Of a stretch of DNA of 64,000 bases, positions 1 through 9,080 are shown piece after piece (within the stretch, counting starts at the first letter, position 1; every line of letters starts with the position of its first letter). Under the pieces are notes generated by a model, which was not told the origin of the DNA, searched no databases, and saw only the letters and a list, made by a program, of their open reading frames with translations. The stretch spans positions 192,895-256,894 of the forward strand of contig CAWGSU010000003.1 in NCBI GenBank assembly GCA_963825325.1, in the 5' to 3' direction. Source of the DNA: an uncultured Actinomycetes bacterium (GTDB taxonomy: Bacteria; Actinomycetota; Thermoleophilia; Gaiellales; JAICJC01). The translations under genes were made by a program, and so were the position numbers.

Positions 1-222
1 ATGTCTGTCCGCGAGATCGCGGAGAGACTCTGCCTGTCGACCAACACCGTCCACACGCACGTTCGACGGATCTACTCCAAGCTCGGGGTGCACACCCGCG
101 AAGAAGCGGTCGCGTGCGCGCGCCGAGAGGGGCTGATCGATGCAAACCCCGCCTCAGACGCGGCCGGCGACCGGCGACGGATTACCCGGGCCGCCCCCGC
201 CAGCCCTCCGGCGTCACGCTGA
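1..222 (+). CDS. LuxR-family regulator, C-terminal HTH fragment (5' end lies outside the window)
   Basis: Frame open from base 1. LuxR/FixJ HTH signature REIAERLCLSTNTVHTHVRRIYSKLGV. Stop at 220-222. Confidence 0.85.
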   Translation: MSVREIAERLCLSTNTVHTHVRRIYSKLGVHTREEAVACARREGLIDANPASDAAGDRRRITRAAPASPPASR

Positions 223-403
223 CCAGTGACAGGCCGAGCGACGAGATCGCGTCGATCAACCCTGCGAGTTCGGCTTGGTCGCGGACTGTGCCGGTGATGA
301 TCGTGTTGCCGTCATGGCAGTCGAGCTCGAACGGTCGGAACACCGCGGCATAGCTGGGGCCGAGTTCGCCTTCGACGGTGACCTGGTATCGACAGGGTTG
401 CAT
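182..403 (-). CDS. small conserved hypothetical protein (~73 aa)
   Basis: ORF 182..460. The internal ATG at 403 gives MQPCRYQVTVEGELGP...DQAELAGLIDAISSLGLSLVSV, a pattern I recognise from small actinobacterial proteins. Its 3' end overlaps the convergent LuxR gene. Confidence 0.55.
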   Translation of the reverse strand: MQPCRYQVTVEGELGPSYAAVFRPFELDCHDGNTIITGTVRDQAELAGLIDAISSLGLSLVSVTPEGWRGRPG

Positions 404-622
404 CCCTATGCGCCGCCGAACACGCCGGTGTGCTTCATCGCAGCGTCCGAGACCGGACACGCCGCGAGGGCCGGCCAGACTGATGTAGCCGCTCGCTCCG
501 AGTCAAGCTGAGATGGCACAAGCCCCCTGGCCGTATCGGCGACCGGCACAACCGCCCCGAATCACCTGAATGTCGCTGGCAGTATGTCGGGATCGACGAG
601 CAACGAGGGCGCGGATCCACGC

Positions 623-697
623 AATCACCTAGGTGATTCCACCGCCGCGTCGGTGGCGCGTTGTTCCACGGCGGGTACCGGCGAATCACCTAGGTGA
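623..697. promoter_or_regulatory. two copies of a palindromic operator-like motif upstream of the DUF1269-like gene
   Basis: Perfect 16-bp palindrome AATCACCTAGGTGATT at 623-638. A 15/16 second copy follows, with perfect 12-bp palindrome TCACCTAGGTGA at 686-697; centres are 61 bp apart. The hairpin CCACCG..CGGTGG lies between them. Confidence 0.45.
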
Positions 698-786
698 ACC
701 TTGCCGCACTCGGACATCCGTGAGCGGTCGCGGCGTACGGTGCAACGGCGACGCCGTGGTGGCCTCGCAAAAGGACGGAAGGAGAT

Positions 787-1302
787 GTGATGGCATCGAA
801 CGATGACAATCCTGTTGATCTGTACATCGCTGCGTATTCCGACGCGAGCGCTGCCCAGGCTGACTGGGATGCGATCAAGCAGCTCGCCAACGAGAAGGTG
901 ATCATGGTTGACGGCTTGGTGCTTGTCAGTCGCGACGCGGACGGCAAGATCGACGTCAAGGACGATTTTCATGCCGTCGGCGGCGCGGCGACGTTGGGCG
1001 CGGCCGGTGGCCTGTTGGTGGGCTTGATCTTCCCGCCGGCGTTCCTGGCGTCGGGGGTCGTTGGGGCCGGTATTGGTGCTGGCGTCGGCGGGCTCGTCTC
1101 GCATAAGGAGAAGAAGGAGATCAAGGCTGAGGTGGCCGATGATCTTCCGCCGAACAGCTCCGGGATCGTGGCGTTGTTCGAGGAGCAGTGGACGACTGCG
1201 GTCGACCAGGCCCTGAAGGGCGCGGACGATGTCTCGAAGCACCAGGTCGACAAGAACGGCGTCGAGCAGGCAAAGGACGCCACGGCCGGCGCCACCGCCT
1301 AA
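787..1302 (+). CDS. DUF1269-like membrane protein
   Basis: 171-aa ORF. N-terminal LYIAAYSDASAAQADWDAIKQL, then a glycine-zipper TM region GLLVGLIFPP...GAGIGAGVGGLV, typical of DUF1269. Confidence 0.8.
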   Translation: MMASNDDNPVDLYIAAYSDASAAQADWDAIKQLANEKVIMVDGLVLVSRDADGKIDVKDDFHAVGGAATLGAAGGLLVGLIFPPAFLASGVVGAGIGAGVGGLVSHKEKKEIKAEVADDLPPNSSGIVALFEEQWTTAVDQALKGADDVSKHQVDKNGVEQAKDATAGATA

Positions 1303-1347
1303 ACCCACGGCGCCGGTCCCCGAGCGCCCACGAGAGGGAGATCCGAA

Positions 1348-1680
1348 ATGGCAGACCAGACACACGACACCCCCGTGCTCGATCTTCTCGCAAGCATGAC
1401 CGCGGACTCGGTCGAGGCATCCAACCTCGACGCCGAGACACTGCTGCAGGTGCGGATCGCCGCGCTCGTGGCGGTCGATGCACCGGTGGCCTCCTACCTG
1501 ATGAACCTCGGCGTGGCACGCGACCTCGACATCGGCGCCGACGAAGTCGCAGGCATTCTCGCCGCTGTCGCCCCGATCGTCGGCACCGCCCGCGTCGTTG
1601 CTGCGGCGGGCAACATCATGCAGGCGATCGGCATCGAGATCGAGATCGCCGAACTCGAAGCAGAGGCCGACCAGGAGTAA
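1348..1680 (+). CDS. carboxymuconolactone decarboxylase / AhpD-like family protein
   Basis: 110-aa ORF with RBS GAGGGAG upstream. Helical pattern LDAETLLQVRIAALVAVDAP...ILAAVAPIVGTARVV resembles the CMD/AhpD-like family. Confidence 0.65.
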   Translation: MADQTHDTPVLDLLASMTADSVEASNLDAETLLQVRIAALVAVDAPVASYLMNLGVARDLDIGADEVAGILAAVAPIVGTARVVAAAGNIMQAIGIEIEIAELEAEADQE

Positions 1681-1687
1681 TCACACA

Positions 1688-1734
1688 GGGTTTCGCCGCC
1701 CTTCGCCGAGCAGGACATGAGGGGCGGCGAACCC
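1688..1734 (+). terminator. GC-rich hairpin after the AhpD-like gene
   Basis: GGGTTTCGCCGCCC...GGGGCGGCGAACCC gives a ~13-bp stem with one bulge, starting 8 nt after the stop. There is no U-tract. Confidence 0.4.
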
Positions 1735-1780
1735 GACGTGTCTGACCCTGAGTCCGCTCTTACGTCGCGTCGTTCGATGG

Positions 1781-3466
1781 TTGGGGAGCGGCGGCGAAAC
1801 GCGGGATGGTGCACGGTCGAGAGAAGAGGACGCGGTGGCTGGTGTAGGAGAGAAAGGTGTGGTTGCGGGCGCCGGTCTGGTGTTGTTGACGCTGGCGGCC
1901 GGCCAGTTCGTGATGGCCCTGGACACGACCGTCATGAACACCGCGATCGCGACCGTCGCCAAGGACGTCGGGACGGACGTGACGGGGATCCAGACGGCGA
2001 TCACGCTCTACACGCTGGTGATGGCGTCGTTGATGATCACCGGCGGAAAGGTCGGTGAGATCCTCGGCCGCAAGCGCGCGTTTTCGATCGGGTGCGTGAT
2101 CTATGCGTGCGGGTCGCTGACCACCGCGCTGGCCCACAGCCTCACAGTGTTGATCATCGGCTGGTCATTCCTCGAAGGCTTTGGTGCGGTGTTGATCATG
2201 CCCGCGATCGTGGCGCTGGTGGCCACGAACTTCGGCAAGGCGCAGCGGCCGCGCGCGTACGGCTTGGTCGCGGCCGCGGCTGCAATCGCCGCGGCGCTCG
2301 GCCCGGTGATCGGCGGCGCATTCACCACCTATGCCTCGTGGCGGTGGGTGTTCGTTGGCGAGGTGCTGATGGTGCTCGTGATCCTGGCTCTGGCGCGGCG
2401 CGTGAACGACAGCCCCGCCCAGCCGGGAGTCAAGCTCGACCTCGTGGGCACGGGACTGTCAGCGCTGGGCCTTGGCCTGATCGTGATCGGCGTCCTCAAG
2501 TCCGGGTCGTGGGGCCTTGTCCAACCCAAGCCCGAGGCTCCCCACTGGCTGGGTCTCTCACCCGTGATCTGGCTCATCCTCGGCGGCTGTGTGGTGATGG
2601 CCCTGTTTGTGATGTGGGAGAGCCAGCGGATCAAGCGCGGCAAGAGCGCGCTGGTCGACCCCACAATGCTGCGCAATATCCAGTTGCGCGACGGGGTGGT
2701 CTCGTTCTTCTTCATGTTCCTGGTTCAGGGCGGGACGTTCTTCGTCGTACCGCTGTTCCTGTCGGTCGCGCTTGGCCTTTCGGCGATCCAGACCGGCGTC
2801 AGGTTGCTGCCACTGTCGCTGACGCTGCTGCTGTTCGCGATCGGCATCCCCAAGCTGCGACCCGACGCCTCGCCGCGACGGGTCGTCCGGCTCGGGTTCG
2901 TGGCGCTGTTCGCCGGCCTGGTGCTGCTGGTCGCGCTGCTGGACATCGGCGCCGGCCCGCAGATCGTGACCTGGCCCCTGCTGATCGCCGGCTCCGGCCT
3001 CGGCGCAATGGCGTCACAGCTCGGCAGCGTCACCGTCTCGGCGGTACCCGACGAGCAGAGCGGCGAGGTGGGCGGCCTGCAGAACACCGGCACCCAGCTG
3101 GGCGCCTCGATCGGCACCGCGCTCGCCGGCGCAATCCTCATCTCCGCGCTGACCGCGTCCTTCCTGAGCGGCATCGAGAACAACCCAGACGTCCCCAAAA
3201 GCGTCGTCTCCAAGGCACAGACCAACCTCGCCGGCGGCATCCCGTTCATGTCAAACAGCGACCTGAAAGCCGCGTTGGCGGATGCTCACGTTCCACAGGC
3301 GACCGCGGACGCGGTGGTCAAGACGGATGCGCAGAGCCGGATCGACGGCCTCCGCGCCGCGCTCTCGATCCTCGCGCTGATCGCGCTCATCGCACAACTA
3401 TTCACCCGAGGCATTCCCACGGTGCAACCCGGCGCTCAAATCGCCAGCACCTCAAAACCCACGTAG
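1781..3466 (+). CDS. MFS transporter, DHA2 (EmrB/QacA-like, 14-TMS) family
   Basis: 561-aa ORF with FVMALDTTVMNTAI and LGRKRAF motifs and many TM segments. The start is uncertain; GTG at 1859 has RBS GGAGAG. Confidence 0.9.
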   Translation: MGSGGETRDGARSREEDAVAGVGEKGVVAGAGLVLLTLAAGQFVMALDTTVMNTAIATVAKDVGTDVTGIQTAITLYTLVMASLMITGGKVGEILGRKRAFSIGCVIYACGSLTTALAHSLTVLIIGWSFLEGFGAVLIMPAIVALVATNFGKAQRPRAYGLVAAAAAIAAALGPVIGGAFTTYASWRWVFVGEVLMVLVILALARRVNDSPAQPGVKLDLVGTGLSALGLGLIVIGVLKSGSWGLVQPKPEAPHWLGLSPVIWLILGGCVVMALFVMWESQRIKRGKSALVDPTMLRNIQLRDGVVSFFFMFLVQGGTFFVVPLFLSVALGLSAIQTGVRLLPLSLTLLLFAIGIPKLRPDASPRRVVRLGFVALFAGLVLLVALLDIGAGPQIVTWPLLIAGSGLGAMASQLGSVTVSAVPDEQSGEVGGLQNTGTQLGASIGTALAGAILISALTASFLSGIENNPDVPKSVVSKAQTNLAGGIPFMSNSDLKAALADAHVPQATADAVVKTDAQSRIDGLRAALSILALIALIAQLFTRGIPTVQPGAQIASTSKPT

Positions 3467-3573
3467 TCTGCGCCTGCGAGTGCCTCCACACGCACGACCC
3501 GGCGCTGCGTTGACAATCAGGATGACCTCCCACCGAGTGGCGTAACGTTGGTGACCGCGGGCGCGGCGAGGTA

Positions 3574-4560
3574 GTGATGAGTGATGAGCGCAGAGATCGG
3601 GAGAGAGCATCATCGAGTCCGGGCGCTGCGTGGCGTTGGGGTGTGCGCCGGTACCACGCCGCAGAGGAGCGGTTCCGGCAGGAACGAGACCGGCTCGAGC
3701 AGAAGCCGTTTTTCGGGTTCGTGCTCGCGTCGGTGCGGCGGTTCGGTGAGATCGAGGGCAAGCACCTCGCGATCGTGATCGCGATGAACCTATTCGTCGC
3801 GGGCATCCCCCTCCTGATCGTTGGCTACGCCGTGTTGGAGGCGTTCAACCCGAATCACAACTTTGGCCAGGTTCTCGTGACCATGTTCCACCTGGACGGA
3901 GGCACTGCGCACACCGTCGACAACACGTTCACAAACGCGCGATCCGGCAAAAGTGTAGCCCTTAGCATCGGCGTGATCTCCCTGCTCATCACCGGCTTTG
4001 ATATCAGCGCAACTGTCCAGGTTGCCTACGCTCGGGCCTTCAAGATGACGCCGCTCCGAGGTGTTCAGAAGTACGTGCGCGGGGCTGTGTGGTTGCTCGT
4101 GCTGCTAGTCCTCACCGGGCTCTTGCTGACCCTGCGCTACTGGGTAGCCCAGCACTCGAAGTGGGTTCTGCTCGGTGCTCTGCCGCTGTCGCTCGCGATC
4201 GAGTTTGGATTCTTCGTGCTCACGCCCCGCCTGCTCCTCGACCTGCCGTTCGCTTGGCGCGATCTCGTCCCCGGCGCCGCGGTCTGCGCTGGCGTCTCTG
4301 TTTTCGTGCACGCGTTCGTCGCGTACTCGCTGCGCAACTGGTTTGCGGAATACAGCCACGCCTACGGAGCATTCGGCATCGCGCTGGCGATCCTGGCGGC
4401 CGTGGGGATCATCGCCGCCTTCTGGGTGTGGATCGCGGCCACAATGGGCGTCTTCTGGGAACGAAAGGCTGGCTCAACAACGGTGATTGCGATGGAACAG
4501 GTATCCGCCGCACTCGGCGCACCACATGATGGCTCTCACCGGGTGACCCCAGATGAATAG
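3574..4560 (+). CDS. YihY/BrkB-family membrane protein
   Basis: 328-aa ORF. FGEIEGKHLAIVIAMNLFVAGIPLLIV followed by about 6 TM segments is typical of YihY/virulence factor BrkB. Confidence 0.7.
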   Translation: MMSDERRDRERASSSPGAAWRWGVRRYHAAEERFRQERDRLEQKPFFGFVLASVRRFGEIEGKHLAIVIAMNLFVAGIPLLIVGYAVLEAFNPNHNFGQVLVTMFHLDGGTAHTVDNTFTNARSGKSVALSIGVISLLITGFDISATVQVAYARAFKMTPLRGVQKYVRGAVWLLVLLVLTGLLLTLRYWVAQHSKWVLLGALPLSLAIEFGFFVLTPRLLLDLPFAWRDLVPGAAVCAGVSVFVHAFVAYSLRNWFAEYSHAYGAFGIALAILAAVGIIAAFWVWIAATMGVFWERKAGSTTVIAMEQVSAALGAPHDGSHRVTPDE

Positions 4561-4745
4561 GCGGCGCGCGATTGAGGCCTCGGGAACTGGGAGCTCCAGT
4601 CGGTGGATCTGAATCCGTGACGACGGCAGCGGCGATCCGCCAACGGCCACGACCCGTCCCATTAGTCACACCTACGGTGCACCCGCGAAGCCGGCCTCAA
4701 GCGCGAGACCGGCCTAGCGGGCTCCGTTTCAAACCATCGTCGCCG

Positions 4746-4955
4746 TCATGCGTGCGCTGCCGGCGCGTGCCGATCCTGGACGACATACGCGAGGATCAGC
4801 GCGAGCGGGAAGAACAGCAGGCTGAGTAGGAAGTAGCCGAGGAAGCTATGACCCTTGCGGCCGGCGACACGCGCGGGCCAGAATGCGATCGCGATCCAGA
4901 TGATGAGTCCGAGAACCCCGAACGCAAATCCAAGCACGGATGCGAGGACGAGCAT
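4746..4955 (-). CDS. small two-TM membrane protein
   Basis: 69-aa ORF MLVLASVLGFAFGVLGLIIWIAIAFWPARVAGRKGHSFLGYFLLSLLFFPLALILAYVV, with two clear hydrophobic helices. Confidence 0.6.
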   Translation of the reverse strand: MLVLASVLGFAFGVLGLIIWIAIAFWPARVAGRKGHSFLGYFLLSLLFFPLALILAYVVQDRHAPAAHA

Positions 4956-5094
4956 GGTAACCCTCCTTTGTCGCTCGCGACACTACGGCTGACTCGGGGG
5001 TGGGGCATCGGCGGATCCACCGATCCGGGTTGCGGGTTTCCCGCTTGCGGTGCCCATTCTCCTGTCGCCTAAGGATCCAGCGCCGGGCTTTCGA

Positions 5095-5637
5095 CTAACA
5101 GTCGCGGCGCGGCGAGGAGGGGTATGCCAGGAATGGAGAGCCCCCTCGGATCGCGGCGTTCAACGGCTGGATGCAGATTGCAGGGTCGCCGTCGTCGTGG
5201 GCAAAACCTGTCAGGTCGCCGACAGCGAAGGCCCTCGCTGCTGCGCGTTTGGCCGCCAGCGCCACTCCGACGGCGGGCACAAACCGGCCGTACAGGACTG
5301 GTGCGAGCGTCGTCCCGCGAACCGGTTGGGAGAGAACATCCTCAACCAGGCGCCGCAGCACCCGAATCTGCTCGTGGATCGCGCCGGCGCAGACCACGAC
5401 TGGCCTCCGTCCCTCGAAGCACTTGTCGATCCACTGCTGGTCGGCGGTTCGCACACGCGACCAGTCGGCCGCGATCGCCGAGCGAAGACCGATCACCTGC
5501 GCCACGCTCGGCGAGCGCAAACTCGGCGCCACCGAAGGAGGCATCGACGGCGAAGGCGACAGGTATCCATACGCCGTTACGACGACGATCGCCTCGACGA
5601 TGGCCCCGAACACTGCCGTTCGGATCCGCGACGGCAA
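5095..5637 (-). CDS. hypothetical protein
   Basis: 180-aa ORF. Wobble-position GC was about 85% in a 60-nt sample. Composition is more balanced than the S/T/R-rich same-phase plus ORF 5171..5746. No family recognised. Confidence 0.4.
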   Translation of the reverse strand: MPSRIRTAVFGAIVEAIVVVTAYGYLSPSPSMPPSVAPSLRSPSVAQVIGLRSAIAADWSRVRTADQQWIDKCFEGRRPVVVCAGAIHEQIRVLRRLVEDVLSQPVRGTTLAPVLYGRFVPAVGVALAAKRAAARAFAVGDLTGFAHDDGDPAICIQPLNAAIRGGSPFLAYPSSPRRDC

Positions 5638-5742
5638 ATGGGTTTTCGTCGCGGCCTACGGCTTTGTGCTCGGGGTGGTAGCCGCGGTTGCCCGCCACGT
5701 CATCGGGGTCAGGTCTGGTTGGGCGCGTCCCGGTGCGAACCG

Positions 5743-6207
5743 CTAGTCCTCGTCCTCCCAATATTCGAGCTCGGGCCCCGGGCGAGCGAAGATGATCCGC
5801 TCGCCGGCGATGCTCCGCGCGGCGATCTTGCCGGTGTCGAGGTACTCGACGATGTCCGGCGCGATCAGTGTGGAGAGCATGAGGACGCGGACGGGCGTGT
5901 CCGTGTCGTTGCGGATCTGGTGCGCGCCCTCCTTGCCGCGCGGGAACGCGACGACGTCGCCCTGGCGCAGCTGGTGCTCGCCCTCGTGCGTCCGCAGCGT
6001 CGGCTCGCCGCGGAGGACGATCGCCCATTCCTCGTTCGCGTGGTGAGTGTGGAACGGCCCCTGTTTGTTACCCGGATCGACCTCGTACATGCTCGCGCCG
6101 ATCAGCTCGGCGTCGGTGTGCGCGCCGACCCAGGCGTCCTTGAAGCGCCAGCCCTCGCGCTCTTCCGTGCGATCCCACTCGTCGGCGTTGAGATTGAAGA
6201 TCTTCAT
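5743..6207 (-). CDS. cupin domain protein
   Basis: 154 aa with cupin motifs GPFHTHHANEEWAIVLRG and GDVVAFPRGKEGAHQIRN. Confidence 0.9.
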   Translation of the reverse strand: MKIFNLNADEWDRTEEREGWRFKDAWVGAHTDAELIGASMYEVDPGNKQGPFHTHHANEEWAIVLRGEPTLRTHEGEHQLRQGDVVAFPRGKEGAHQIRNDTDTPVRVLMLSTLIAPDIVEYLDTGKIAARSIAGERIIFARPGPELEYWEDED

Positions 6208-6323
6208 GCCGCCAGCCTAGTAGCTTCGAAGCCCGGGCCGCTCGGCGGGATAGATGGCCCAAGCGCGACGACCGTGAACGGCCGCCGATCCTGGCCTTCC
6301 GCGGTCAGCGCTATGGTCGCCCC

Positions 6324-7016
6324 ATGCGGGTCGCTGCGCTCTATGACATCCACGGCAATGTGCCGGCCCTTCAGTCAGCGCTGGCCGATGTTGCCTCCGC
6401 GGGCGTTGGTGCGATCCTGGTCGGTGGCGATGTCGTCGAGGGCCCCCAGCCCGTGGAGACGCTCGACCTGCTGGAGTCGGTTGACATCCCGCTGCGATGG
6501 CTCAGAGGCAACTGTGACCGAGAACCGAGCGAGTGGGTGGCCGAGCGCCTGGGCGAGCGGCGTGTTGCATGGCTGGCCGCGCTGCCGCCGACCGACCGGA
6601 TCGACGTCCGCGGCCTGGGGCCGGTGCTCTTCTGCCACGGCTCGCCGCGCAACGACGAGGATATCGTCACGGCCGTCTCGGACCCCGACCGGGTGGCTCC
6701 GATGCTGGCCGGTGTCGAGGAGGCGATCGTCGTCTCTGGACACACCCACGTCCAGTTCGACCGGTCGGTGGCCGGCCACCGGCTGATCAACGCAGGCAGC
6801 ATCGGGATGCCCTATCAGGGCGTCGCCGGCCGCGCGTTCTGGACACTCCTCGGGCCGGGCGTCGAGCCGCGCACCAGCGCCTTCGACGCCGACGCGTTCA
6901 CGTCGATCCTGCGCTCGACCGGCTATCCCCACCCGGAGTGGTTCGAGGTCGAGACGGCCGAGGCCGCTGCGGAGGAGTACGAGCAGATGGCGCGCGAGCA
7001 AGCCGCCGGCTCGTGA
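6324..7016 (+). CDS. metallophosphoesterase
   Basis: 230 aa with MPP motifs DIHGN, GGDVV, CHGSP and SGHTH. Confidence 0.9.
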   Translation: MRVAALYDIHGNVPALQSALADVASAGVGAILVGGDVVEGPQPVETLDLLESVDIPLRWLRGNCDREPSEWVAERLGERRVAWLAALPPTDRIDVRGLGPVLFCHGSPRNDEDIVTAVSDPDRVAPMLAGVEEAIVVSGHTHVQFDRSVAGHRLINAGSIGMPYQGVAGRAFWTLLGPGVEPRTSAFDADAFTSILRSTGYPHPEWFEVETAEAAAEEYEQMAREQAAGS

Positions 7017-7038
7017 GACGTTCGACGATGTAGACCGA

Positions 7039-7120
7039 GTGTTACGCTTTGCGCCTCGCGGGGACTCCCCAAACAGCCTTCCCGGGAGCCATTTGACGGG
7101 AAGGTAGATACTGGAGTTCC
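7039..7120 (+). repeat. mosaic repeat copy 1: arm A - core - arm D
   Basis: Core CCCGGGAGCCATTTGACGGG at 7081-7100. The left arm GTGTTACGCTTTGCGCCTCGCGGGGACTCCCCAAACAGCCTT is homologous to the other A arms. The right arm AAGGTAGATACTGGAGTTCC is unique. Confidence 0.9.
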
Positions 7121-7286
7121 TCGTCGGACTAGCCGTGACGCAGATCGTCTCGGTGGGCTGTGCTGACCGTAGTTCGCATTCGACGGGCGGCGCGTGGAGT
7201 CGCTGAGGCGGGAGCGAACTGGCGTCGTGGGTGGATGGGTAACGGCCCAATCGGGGTGCCGCGGAGTGGTGTGTGAGAATGCGCCG

Positions 7287-8634
7287 ATGAAGCCTGAGAC
7301 TCGGTACGCGCTGAGCGGCGACGTCCACATCGCCTACCAGATTTCTGGTGACGGCCCGTTCGACCTCGTCTTCGTTCCCGGCTTTGTGACGCACATGGAG
7401 CTCCAGTGGAAGCTGCCGGGGTTTCGAGGAGTTTCTGGCCGACTTGGGCTCGTTCTCGCGCTTGATCCGGTTCGACAAGCGTGGAACGGGCATGTCCGAC
7501 CCGGTGGCCGGCGCGCCCAGTCTGGAGACGCGCATGGATGATGTCCGCGCGGTGATGGACACGGTGGGTTCGCGGCGCGCCGCCTTCTACGGCCTGTCGG
7601 AGGGTGCCGCGTTGAGCATCCTGTTCGCGGCGACCTACCCCGAGCGGACTGCGGCATTGGTCGTCCGCAGTTGCTCGCCCCGCACGATGTGGGCGCCGGA
7701 TTACCCATGGGGACGAAGCGAGGACGCATATCAGCGCGAGGTCGACCAGGGTCTCCAGGTCTACGGCTCAAGGTCGGAGGCTCGCGCCGCGATGCGCGAG
7801 CTTGGAATGCACGACGGGGACGAGATCGAGGCGTTCATCGACTATGTCCGCCTGGCGACAAGCCCGGGCATGCTGGAGGGTCTGTACCGCATGAACAAGG
7901 AGATCGATGTCCGCGATGTGCTTCCCGCCGTCCGCGTGCCGGCACTGGTCATGCACGGAAGCGAGGATGCCGTCGTCCCGGTCGGTGCGGGGGCATACAC
8001 CGCCCAGCGTCTCAGCTCTGCCCGGTTCGTGGAGATCGAGGGAATGGGGCACCTGGCGCTCCGGGCCGGGGGCGATCGCATCCAGCGCGAACTCGAGCAG
8101 TTCCTCACCGGCGTGTGGGAGACCGGCGGGTGGGAGGAGTCGGAATCTGACCGGATGCTCGCGACCGTCCTGTTCACCGACATCGTCGATGCCACATCGA
8201 AGGCGATCGAGCTCGGGGATCGGCGCTGGAGCGAGCTGCTCGAGCGCCATCACACCTTCATACGACGGGAACTGATTCGGTTTCGCGGGCGCGAGGTGGA
8301 CACCGCCGGAGACGGGTTCTTCGCCACCTTCGACGGTCCGGCGCGCGCAATTCGCTGCGCCCGCTCGATCGTCGACGGAATGCACCATCTCGGTCTCACC
8401 GTCCGCGCGGGCCTGCACACCGGAGAATGCGAAGTGGCAAACGGGAAGGTCTCGGGAATCGCCGTTCACACCGGCGCACGAGTGGCGGCGCAGGCACTCT
8501 CTGACGAGGTGCTCGTTTCGAGCACCGTCAAGGACCTCGTCGCCGGGTCAGGAATCACGTTCACCGAGCGGGGACTGCGTGAGCTCAAAGGCATCCCGGG
8601 CGAGTGGCGACTGTTCGCCGTCGACAACACCTGA
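7287..8634 (+). pseudogene. alpha/beta-hydrolase plus class III adenylate/guanylate cyclase fusion, interrupted by a 1-nt frameshift
   Basis: The N-terminus MKPETRYALSGDVHIAYQISGDGPFDLVFVPGFVTHMELQWKLPG is in frame 3. The continuation FEEFLADLGSFSRLIRFDKRGTGMSD is in frame 1. The switch is at CCGGGGTTT, about 7416-7424. Length 1348 = 3n+1. Cyclase motifs LFTDIVDAT and DTAGDGFFATF are present. Confidence 0.8.
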
Positions 8635-8761
8635 ATCTCTGTGTTGCAGCCTCCTTGATCGGTGGAAGCAGCCCGACCACTAGGCGAGTCCGGGCTCCGA
8701 GGTGTCGCCGCTGACGTGAACCACCGCCACGCCGGCGACTTGTTCCCAAAGGCGCCTGCGT

Positions 8762-8861
8762 CGCGGATGACGTGTCCGCGTTCCTGCAATCCCTATAACC
8801 TGGGAGCCATTTGACGGGAAGGCTGTTGGGGAGGCTCAGCGAGGTGCGAGCCGTAACGCGG
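8762..8861 (+). repeat. mosaic repeat copy 2: arm C(rc) - core - arm A(rc)
   Basis: Core variant CCTGGGAGCCATTTGACGGG at 8799-8818. The left arm ...TTCCTGCAATCCCTATAA is the reverse complement of the arm right of copy 4. The right arm AAGGCTGTTGGGG...CGTAACGCGG is the reverse complement of A. Confidence 0.9.
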
Positions 8862-9080
8862 TGGTCAGTCCGATCCCACGAGGCGTCCTTCGGGCCGGCT
8901 CGGAAGGCCGGTCCCGGCTGGAGTCACCGCCCGCGCGGCGGGTTGGCAAGCACATCGAGTCGGAGATTGCCCTGTGCGTCGCCATAGATCGCGCCCCGGA
9001 CACGTGCCTCGAAACGCCGTTAGAGTCGCGTGTTACGAGTGGGTGCCTTCGTGCCAAGCGGGCTCTCAAGGAGTGGGTGA

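Noticed and set aside
7091-7100. TTGACG inside the core as a -35 promoter element carried by every copy
   Set aside because: No consistent -10-like hexamer lies 16-19 nt downstream in any arm type (B, C, D or rcA). Downstream genes are in both orientations relative to the core.
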